Shown: positions 25,721-32,000 of the stretch, one piece after another
Layout: every line of letters starts with the position of its first letter
Numbering within the stretch: position 1 is the first letter of the stretch
NCBI RefSeq assembly: GCF_000010625.1
Contig: NC_010296.1
Location: 690,001 to 722,000 of the forward strand
Direction: 5' to 3'
Length of the DNA stretch: 32,000 bases
DNA from: Microcystis aeruginosa NIES-843
Lineage (GTDB): Bacteria; Cyanobacteriota; Cyanobacteriia; Cyanobacteriales; Microcystaceae
Notes under the pieces: model-generated
What the model saw: only the letters and a program-made list of their open reading frames with translations
Told to the model about the DNA's origin: nothing
Databases searched by the model: none
Translations under genes and position numbers: made by a program

Positions 25721-25852
25721 CGAAAATAATCGGTTTGAAACCCCGGCCTAAAAGGACGGCTTGACGTTGAGAATATTTCACTATACACTAAAGCTACAGT
25801 GAAAACTTTTAACTCCCTGACTGCTTTGGATCGGACGGACATTTCCCCCTGA

Positions 25853-26002
25853 TTATTGCCAGGATTAAAGTTAAGGATGGGTTCCTTAAAATTCCCATTG
25901 ACTGAAAGACTCAAAGACAAACATATCAAGGAAGTACAAATACATCCAAAATACTCGGCTCGCTGGTTTGAGATTGAGTATATTTATGAAGATGAAAAAA
26001 TA
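25853..26002 (+). pseudogene. Possible TnpB (IS200/IS605 OrfB) N-terminal fragment
   Basis: LLPGLKLRMGSLKFPLTERLKDKHIKEVQIHPKYSARWFEIEYIYEDEKI resembles the region preceding RuvC-I in cyanobacterial TnpB proteins (recalled pattern IKxVRLIP..gxYxLEIVYE). The stop is supplied by the first 3 nt of the adjacent MITE. The frame resumes after the MITE (ETSLDSEKAIAMLL...). Confidence 0.35.
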
Positions 26003-26158
26003 TAGCGTTTCCCAATCTCATGAGGTACACCAAAATCTTAACTCCTGAATCCCGAATCCTGAATCCCGAATCCTGACTCCTGAATCCCGAATCCTGACTC
26101 CTGACTCCTGACTCCTCAAAACCTAAGACTCTGTACCTCACAACTATGGGAATTGCTA
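26003..26158. mobile_element. TA-flanked MITE-like element (156 bp) with a heptamer-repeat core
   Basis: The imperfect TIRs are TAGCGTTTCCCAATCTCATGAGGTACA and its counterpart, the reverse complement TAGCAATTCCCATAGTTGTGAGGTACA. TA is present on both sides (26001-02, 26159-60). The core is 11 units of TCC(T/C)GA(A/C). Confidence 0.5.
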
Positions 26159-26261
26159 TAGAAACATCTCTTGACTCCGAAAAAGCGATAGCTATGTTGT
26201 TAAGGAAGGCAGTAGTCAGGAGATTATTTTATTTATTCCCCCCACTTCCTAATTCCTAATT

Positions 26262-26380
26262 CCCACACCCTACACCCTACACCCCACTCCCTACACCCCA
26301 CACCCCACACCCTACACCCCACACCCCACACCCCACACCCTACACCCTACACCCTACTCCCCACTCCCCGATCCCCTCAT
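26262..26380. repeat. C-rich heptamer array, 17 units (CCCCACA / CCCTACA types)
   Basis: The units run uninterrupted from 26262 to 2 nt before the moaE ATG, and are preceded by (TTCCTAA)2. Confidence 0.9.
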
Positions 26381-26382
26381 CC

Positions 26383-26826
26383 ATGACTCAAGATAGTTTT
26401 CGCGTCAGTTTTGCTCCCTTATCTTTGCAGGAAGTATATCAATTAGCCGATGATGGGGCTAATGGTGCTATTGTACTAATGAGTGGCACTGTACGGGAGC
26501 AAACCGACGGTAAACCGGTTATTTATCTTGATTATCAGGCCTACGAACCCATGGCGATCGAGGTTTTCCGGCAAATTGCCGGGCAAATTCGGCAAACCTG
26601 GCCCGATACCAATCGAGTTGTCATTCACCATCGCACCGGTAAGCTACAAATCGGTGAAATTAGCGTCTTAGTAGCGGTGGGTTGTCCCCATCGGGGGGAA
26701 GCTTTCGCAGCCTGTCGTTATGCTATTGATACTCTCAAGCATAATGCCCCCATCTGGAAAAAAGAATACTGGTCTGATGGTTCTAGTCAATGGGTTAGTA
26801 TTGGGGCTTGTGAAACGGCCCATTAG
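26383..26826 (+). CDS. moaE: Molybdopterin synthase catalytic subunit MoaE
   Basis: 147 aa. GAIVLMSGTVRE, LDYQAYEPMA, VIHHRTGKLQIGEISVLVAV..HR.EAF and APIWKKE are MoaE blocks. Confidence 0.9.
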   Translation: MTQDSFRVSFAPLSLQEVYQLADDGANGAIVLMSGTVREQTDGKPVIYLDYQAYEPMAIEVFRQIAGQIRQTWPDTNRVVIHHRTGKLQIGEISVLVAVGCPHRGEAFAACRYAIDTLKHNAPIWKKEYWSDGSSQWVSIGACETAH

Positions 26827-26828
26827 GT

Positions 26829-27908
26829 CTAATAACGCAAAATTAAGGCAATTTTTTGGTAATCGTTCAAGGAATCTTCATCGACTAAAGCTACACGTCC
26901 TCCCTTGGCCAATACCACTTCGATAATTTCATCCACTGCATCATCGATTACCTCCGTACCACCGACGTTTTCCACCAGTATCAAATCACCGTTTTCGCTT
27001 AAAACTGCGGGTACATGGTAATTTTTATCCACTAATAACAATTTTCCTCGACCTTCCTGCGCTAAACGCCACACTTCTCCCAGGGTAGAGATAACTTTTT
27101 GAGCGCTGACTGCCGCGTCCAAAGCTTGCAGGGCTTCAGTTTTTTGAGTCTGACGCACTGAATGCATAATCGGCAATACTTGCGGAATTAATTCTGGCAG
27201 TGAGGTTTTGTCAAAATTGCCGGTTAAAGTGCCAACAATTGCTGATGTGTACTGTGAAACTTCTTGAAAGAAGGAAATTTGACGAACCACTCCACCCACA
27301 ATCAAAGGGGAAGAATCATCAATGTCAATGTATTCACCCAGAGCATTATCTACCTGCTGGAAAAATCGCCGGATTCTATCATCTAGATAACTGGTATCGG
27401 CATCAAAGGGCAGTGGTGCGGTGGCCCCCGGTCCAGTCATTTCTAAGGGAAAATTTTGATCGCGAATTTCTTCGAGAGTTTCTCCTGTAGCTGAGATTAA
27501 ACGAGTAGAACCCTGACTTAATAGTAACAGCCAATAGGGTTGTTCTCGATGTAATCCATAAACTAAATCCCGTGTGGCAAAGGTTTTATCGATGACAACT
27601 CTTGCCTGGACAGAAAAAGGCAAGTTATAAAGCTTGGCAATATCCGGACCAATATAGAGAGCTAATCCATCTAGAGTATAAGGATAATCTATTTCAGCCA
27701 CTAGACTATCGAGGCGCTCGAACAAAGGTTCGATTTCACGTTTAGAGAATTCTGCCGATAATCGGCGCTTTGCTTCATCGACCAAATTTTTAACGAGAAT
27801 AGGGTCTTGTTTGTTATCCGGTGAGGTGCGATGGGTAGGTAAGAGAATGGAAAGGGCGGGTATTTGAGTTAGGGATTGTAGTTTCTTAAGTTCTTGACGA
27901 GTAATCAT
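26829..27908 (-). CDS. eRF1-like (bacterial aeRF1/baeRF-type) protein lacking GGQ
   Basis: 359 aa. It has an N-terminal PALSILLPTHRTSPDNKQDPILVKNL. The central loop TGPGATAPLPFD followed by RIRRFFQQVDNAL parallels the eRF1 GGQ loop and following helix. The C-terminal GEVWRLAQEGRGKLLLVDKNY ... ALILRY parallels eRF1 domain 3. Assigned from recalled family patterns only. Confidence 0.5.
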   Translation of the reverse strand: MITRQELKKLQSLTQIPALSILLPTHRTSPDNKQDPILVKNLVDEAKRRLSAEFSKREIEPLFERLDSLVAEIDYPYTLDGLALYIGPDIAKLYNLPFSVQARVVIDKTFATRDLVYGLHREQPYWLLLLSQGSTRLISATGETLEEIRDQNFPLEMTGPGATAPLPFDADTSYLDDRIRRFFQQVDNALGEYIDIDDSSPLIVGGVVRQISFFQEVSQYTSAIVGTLTGNFDKTSLPELIPQVLPIMHSVRQTQKTEALQALDAAVSAQKVISTLGEVWRLAQEGRGKLLLVDKNYHVPAVLSENGDLILVENVGGTEVIDDAVDEIIEVVLAKGGRVALVDEDSLNDYQKIALILRY

Positions 27909-28137
27909 TGATTTTAGCTTGATTGATAGGGTTAAGGAGCTAAAAATACTGGCTTTATCCAGATTTTCTCGATTTATTCAGTATTCCAGCTAACATTTTA
28001 GGGAAAAAATGTAATTATATCTAGAAAATTAAGAATTTATACTGAATTGCTTTGGCAGAGATTGAGGGAATTTTTAACCAGAAAACTAGGAATATTATTG
28101 ATTTATCGATCGTCCACCATCAGGACAGAAAATGTTC

Positions 28138-28160
28138 AGGATGGGTAAATAACCCATCCT
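28138..28160 (-). terminator. Hairpin, probable original terminator of the radical SAM gene
   Basis: The 9-bp perfect stem AGGATGGGT/ACCCATCCT has a 5-nt loop. On the minus strand it is followed by GAACATTTTCTG. It is now separated from the stop codon by MITE E. Confidence 0.4.
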
Positions 28161-28171
28161 CGGAATAATTA

Positions 28172-28384
28172 GGAGCTGCTGAATAAATCTAAAAACCTTG
28201 TTGGGTAAGACTTTTAGACTTTTTGTCAATCAAAAAGTACTGGGCATGGGAGTGATCAGGGGGAAAATTCCGGGACTTTTTTCCTGAAAATTAGGTAATT
28301 GGCCCCCTCAAAACCGGTAAAACCCCACACCCCACACCCCACACCCCACACCCTGCCCCCAGGAAAAACTTTTTCAGCATACCC
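28172..28384. mobile_element. MITE copy E (213 bp, variant core) with 6-bp TSD TAATTA
   Basis: Termini are GGAGCTGCTGAATAAA ... TTTTTCAGCATACCC. TAATTA occurs at 28166-28171 and 28385-28390, and the right TSD contains the radical SAM gene stop codon. The core carries (CCCCACA)n. Confidence 0.7.
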
Positions 28385-28387
28385 TAA

Positions 28388-29956
28388 TTAGGCCGCTATG
28401 GCGGTTTTTTCCGATGTTAATGCCTCTTGGCGTTGAAATTCGGCTAATTGTGCCATAATTTCATCCCGAACAATCTGACGGTATTCCAGGAAATGCTCGT
28501 TGTGGGCGCAGACAGTGATATAGTGTTCGGCATTGGCGGGATTATGGCGCAAAATACCGAATAAATTCTGCCAGAATTTCCAGCGAGTGGACCGTTTAAA
28601 GCCCTGTCGCCAGATAATTACCGCTAGGGCATAGAGATCGGCCCGGCGAGGCAGTTTAAAGGCTGGTTTCGCTTTAGGTGCCCCTAATTTCAGGAAACAG
28701 CGATAGGTGCGATCAAGAAATACCTCCGGATCGTACAATTTCCAGAAGGCTTCAATATATTCCGTGGCAATATCTTCGATCGGCCGGGTGGGAACGAAAT
28801 TCATCAGGGTACTTTGGTTAATGTCCTGTTTCCCCGTTAATCTTAGTCGTCCTTCTTTTTCCAAGCGAGTCCATAGGGCGGTATTGGGTAAAGCTTGTAA
28901 CATTCCAAATAGAGCCGTGGGAATGGCCGCTTCTTCGACAAAATTAATAATGCGATCGGCCGCTCCTTTTTTCTCGCCATCAAAACCGATGATAAATCCC
29001 GCCATGGGGCGCAATCCGGCTTTAATAATCTTTTCTACCGTCTCGGTTAAGGAACTACGGGTATTTTGGAATTTTTTGGTTAATTGTAAACTTTCTTCGT
29101 CGGGGGTTTCAATACCTAAAAAGACCGCATCAAAGTAACAATCGACCATCATTTCCATTAATTCGGGATCGGCGGCTAAATCCACCGATGCTTCCGTGTT
29201 AAACCGGAAAGGATACTGGTGTTCTTCTTGCCAAACTTTTAATTCTTTGAGGAGTAATTTAACGTTGCGCTTGTTGCCAATAAAATTATCATCCACCATG
29301 AACACGCCCCGGCGCCAACCTAACTCGTAGAGATAATCTAATTCTTTTAATAATTGTGCGGGGGTTTTGGTGCGGGGTTTACGACCGTAGAGAACGATAA
29401 TATCGCAAAATTCGCACTGGAAGGGACATCCGCGCGAGAATTGTACCGACATGGAATCATAAGCTTCAAAATCGAGCAGATCGTAGCGTGGGATCGGGGT
29501 AATTGTCACATCGGGTTTTTCTGTGGTGCGGAAAACACCTTTAGTTTCTCCTCTTGCCAATGCTTCCACAAACATCGGGATGGTGATTTCTCCCTCATCG
29601 AGAATCAGAAAATCGGCCTCGGCCACTTCGTGGGGGATAGAAGTGGGATAGGGACCACCCACGGCCACCAGTTTACCCCGTTGCTTGGCTTCGTGAATTT
29701 GCTCGATTAAATCTTGACGTTGCACAATCATGCCGGAAAGAATCACTATTTCGGCCCAGTCCCATTCTGCTTCTGTCACTGCCCGAATATTGCGATCAAC
29801 CAGTTTAAATTCCCATTGCTGCGGTAAAATCGCCGCCACCGTCACCATACCAAGGGGAGGAAGTAAGACTTTGCGATCAACTAATTCCAGAATTTTGTTA
29901 TAAGACCAGAAAGTCGGCGGAAAAACGGGATAAATCAGTAAGGCGCGCATATTCAC
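28388..29956 (-). CDS. B12-binding domain radical SAM protein (class B, DUF4070-type C-terminus), function unknown
   Basis: 522 aa. It has an N-terminal cobalamin-binding-like domain (LLPPLGMVTVAAILP), the radical SAM cluster motif RGCPFQCEFCD, and a long conserved-looking C-terminal domain. Confidence 0.85.
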   Translation of the reverse strand: MNMRALLIYPVFPPTFWSYNKILELVDRKVLLPPLGMVTVAAILPQQWEFKLVDRNIRAVTEAEWDWAEIVILSGMIVQRQDLIEQIHEAKQRGKLVAVGGPYPTSIPHEVAEADFLILDEGEITIPMFVEALARGETKGVFRTTEKPDVTITPIPRYDLLDFEAYDSMSVQFSRGCPFQCEFCDIIVLYGRKPRTKTPAQLLKELDYLYELGWRRGVFMVDDNFIGNKRNVKLLLKELKVWQEEHQYPFRFNTEASVDLAADPELMEMMVDCYFDAVFLGIETPDEESLQLTKKFQNTRSSLTETVEKIIKAGLRPMAGFIIGFDGEKKGAADRIINFVEEAAIPTALFGMLQALPNTALWTRLEKEGRLRLTGKQDINQSTLMNFVPTRPIEDIATEYIEAFWKLYDPEVFLDRTYRCFLKLGAPKAKPAFKLPRRADLYALAVIIWRQGFKRSTRWKFWQNLFGILRHNPANAEHYITVCAHNEHFLEYRQIVRDEIMAQLAEFQRQEALTSEKTAIAA

Positions 29957-30226
29957 TCCTCGCTCGATGGCGATCGATTCTTGACCTTTCGCTTGATTGT
30001 AATCTTTTTCGGTCAGGGATGGGAAAACCGTTATTTAGCCCTAGAACTAAGATCAGGCTTGATTTTCGGCCGCCATTGCCCACCCTTGACCCTGCCCCCA
30101 TAAAAGTTTATGGTCAACATTAATAAAATTTATGTAAACAAATGTTGCATAGTCTGGGAAGTTATGTTACATTTAATATCAAGCACTTGAATCAAATGCA
30201 ATTTTATTATAGGAAGGCAATTCACC

Positions 30227-30370
30227 ATGGATAAGCAAGAAAACAAACTCGGCTTCACCGCTTTCGCTGAAAACTGGAATGGTCGTTTAGCCATGCTCGG
30301 TTTCGTTATTGGCGTAGCTACGGAATACTTAACCCACAAAGGTATCCTTGCTCAATTAGGCTTAATGTAA
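30227..30370 (+). CDS. hli: High-light-inducible protein (HLIP/Scp, CAB/ELIP/HLIP family)
   Basis: This 47-aa ORF is absent from the track: MDKQENKLGFTAFAENWNGRLAMLGFVIGVATEYLTHKGILAQLGLM. ENWNGRLAMLGF is the chlorophyll-binding helix signature. AGGAAGG lies 10 nt upstream. Confidence 0.85.
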   Translation: MDKQENKLGFTAFAENWNGRLAMLGFVIGVATEYLTHKGILAQLGLM

Positions 30371-30424
30371 TTTCAGCCTCGATTGCTGTGCATCTACAAT
30401 CGTCTTGAATAAATTATCAAAAAA

Positions 30425-30452
30425 GGGAGGAGCATCGCTCTTTCCCTTTTTT
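30425..30452 (+). terminator. Rho-independent terminator of hli
   Basis: The 9-bp stem GGGAGGAGC/GCTCTTTCC contains two G-U pairs and has a 3-nt loop. It is followed by C and T6. Confidence 0.5.
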
Positions 30453-30460
30453 AGTTGCAG

Positions 30461-30527
30461 GTTGGGGATGGGGGAGTGGGGTGATAGGGAAGTGGGGTCT
30501 GGGGTGTGGGGTGTAGGGTGTAGGGTA
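30461..30527. repeat. G-rich 7/8-mer array (TGGGGTG / TAGGGTG types)
   Basis: GTTGGGGA TGGGGGAG TGGGGTGA TAGGGAAG TGGGGTC TGGGGTG TGGGGTG TAGGGTG TAGGGTA. This is the reverse-complement family of the array at 26262-26380. Confidence 0.85.
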
Positions 30528-30673
30528 GTTGATGTACTGGAAAATCTCTCAAGTAACCTTGTTTGAGAATACTTGTCGGCAATTCCTGTCTATGGTTAAT
30601 TAAGAAAAATAAACTGTAGCGAAATATACTGTTTTTTCATGTTCTAATGGGGATAGATAGGGGGAAAAAAATC

Positions 30674-31969
30674 ATGTCGAAATCACTCTTTACCGATGCC
30701 AGCAGTCGCCTAGAACGGGCCCTTAAGTATGTCTCCATTTCCGATGATGCGATCGAGCGGTTAAAATATCCCAAAGCTAGTCTCAGCGTCTCCATACCCG
30801 TCCGTATGGACAACGGCACTCTGAGAATCTTCCAAGGCTACCGCGTCCGCTACGATGACACCCGCGGCCCCGGCAAAGGAGGGGTGCGCTATCATCCCAA
30901 CGTCAGCATTGATGAGGTGCAGTCCCTAGCCTTTTGGATGACCTTTAAATGCGCCCTGCTGGATTTGCCCTTTGGTGGGGCTAAGGGCGGCATTACCCTC
31001 AATCCGAAAGAATTGTCAAAAGCCGAGTTAGAACGCCTTAGCCGGGGCTATATCGAGGGTATAGCCGACTTTATCGGTCCCGATATCGATATTCTTGCCC
31101 CCGATGTCTATACCAACGAGATGATCATGGGTTGGATGATGGACCAGTACAGCATCATTCAGCGTAAAATTAGTCCGGCGGTGGTGACGGGGAAACCTTT
31201 AACCATGGGAGGCAGTCGCGGCCGCGATACGGCGACGGGAACGGGGGCTTTTCATGTTATTAACTCTCTTTTGCCGAAATTAGATAAAAAACCCGCTAAT
31301 ACTACCGTAGCCGTCCAAGGATTCGGTAACGCCGGGGCCGTAGTGGCGGATCTCCTCGCCAAAGCCGGTTATCAAGTGGTGGCGGTAAGTGATTCCCAGG
31401 GCGGCATTTATCGGGAAAAAGGCCTAGATATTGCCAGCATTCGTGAGTATAAACAGGAACATCGCGGAATTACTGCTATTTACTGTGAGGGTACTGTGTG
31501 TAATATCGTCGAACACGAAGCGATTAGTAATGAAGAATTGTTAGCCCTAGATGTGGATGTTTTGATTCCAGCAGCCCTAGAAAACCAAATTACCGCCGAA
31601 AATGCCGATCGCGTGCGGGCAAAATATATCTTTGAAGTGGCCAACGGTCCGACTACCTCAGAAGCCGATCGCATTTTAGACTCAAAAGGGATTCTCGTTT
31701 TCCCCGATATTTTGGTTAACGCCGGTGGGGTAACGGTGAGTTATTTTGAATGGGTGCAAAATCGCAGCGGTCTTTATTGGCGATTAAACGAGATCAATGA
31801 GCGCTTAAAAGAAAGAATGGTGACAGAAGCGGAAAAAGTCTGGTCTTTCGCCCAGGAATTCGATATATCTCTGCGTAACGCCGCCTACGCCCAGGCCATT
31901 GCTCGTCTCGGAGAAGCCCTAGATGCCAAGGGAACCCGCGATTATTATCAAAATAAGACGAGAGCTTAA
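30674..31969 (+). CDS. gdhA: Glutamate dehydrogenase (Glu/Leu/Phe/Val dehydrogenase family)
   Basis: It has the catalytic block LPFGGAKGG and the Rossmann motif VQGFGNAGA. The N-terminus SLFTDASSRLERALKYV is typical when started at the ATG at 30674. The ATG at 30647 is an alternative. Confidence 0.9.
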   Translation: MSKSLFTDASSRLERALKYVSISDDAIERLKYPKASLSVSIPVRMDNGTLRIFQGYRVRYDDTRGPGKGGVRYHPNVSIDEVQSLAFWMTFKCALLDLPFGGAKGGITLNPKELSKAELERLSRGYIEGIADFIGPDIDILAPDVYTNEMIMGWMMDQYSIIQRKISPAVVTGKPLTMGGSRGRDTATGTGAFHVINSLLPKLDKKPANTTVAVQGFGNAGAVVADLLAKAGYQVVAVSDSQGGIYREKGLDIASIREYKQEHRGITAIYCEGTVCNIVEHEAISNEELLALDVDVLIPAALENQITAENADRVRAKYIFEVANGPTTSEADRILDSKGILVFPDILVNAGGVTVSYFEWVQNRSGLYWRLNEINERLKERMVTEAEKVWSFAQEFDISLRNAAYAQAIARLGEALDAKGTRDYYQNKTRA

Positions 31970-31970
31970 G

Positions 31971-32000
31971 GTCGTCAGTCGTCGGTCGTCGGTCGTCTGG
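31971..32000. repeat. Heptamer array GTCGTC(A/G) running to the window edge
   Basis: GTCGTCA GTCGTCG GTCGTCG GTCGTCT starts 2 nt after the gdhA stop. Confidence 0.8.

Noticed and set aside
25717-26141. Two minus-strand track ORFs (25717-25929 and 25926-26141).
   Set aside because: The second is a translation of the heptamer array and MITE (SGFRSQDSGFRIRDSG). The first overlaps the tnpB-like fragment in antisense. Neither has start context or family features.
30130-30339. The 69-aa minus-strand ORF from the track.
   Set aside because: It is antisense to the well-supported HLIP gene (30227-30370) and has no recognisable features. It is a shadow ORF.

Overview
This is a cyanobacterial chromosomal window. 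It has many HIP1 GCGATCGC sites, a high-light-inducible protein gene, an EGY-like M50 protease and heptanucleotide STRR-type repeats. The AT-rich composition and the load of TA, RM and MITE elements look Microcystis-like, but that is an inference and no search was run.

Housekeeping genes present: murQ, rplU-rpmA, accA, a speE-like gene, recJ, sbcC, moaD, moaE, hrcA, lipA, rdgB, gdhA and tRNA-Pro(CGG).

Accessory material between them:
- Three type II TA loci: Phd/YefM-RelE/ParE, MNT-HepT, and a VapB-like antitoxin with a truncated PIN toxin.
- A 998-aa single-polypeptide restriction-modification enzyme with an AT-rich specificity module. It lies between tRNA-Pro and an IS630 transposase remnant.
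- A degraded HEAT-repeat / pentapeptide-tail locus.
- An orphan eRF1-like (baeRF-type) protein without GGQ.
- A B12-binding radical SAM protein.
- A tnpB-like fragment.
- Six non-autonomous transposable elements.

The strongest sequence-level observations:
1. One MITE superfamily has five insertions, each with a perfect 6-bp target-site duplication. Two of them use the TAA stop codon of the neighbouring gene as part of the target.
2. One MITE copy carries an exact inversion of the 35-nt loop between its 19-bp inverted repeats.
3. Heptamer arrays abut or supply stop codons, and one fills the whole region upstream of moaE.
4. A 47-aa HLIP gene is missing from the ORF track.

No CRISPR array or rRNA was seen.
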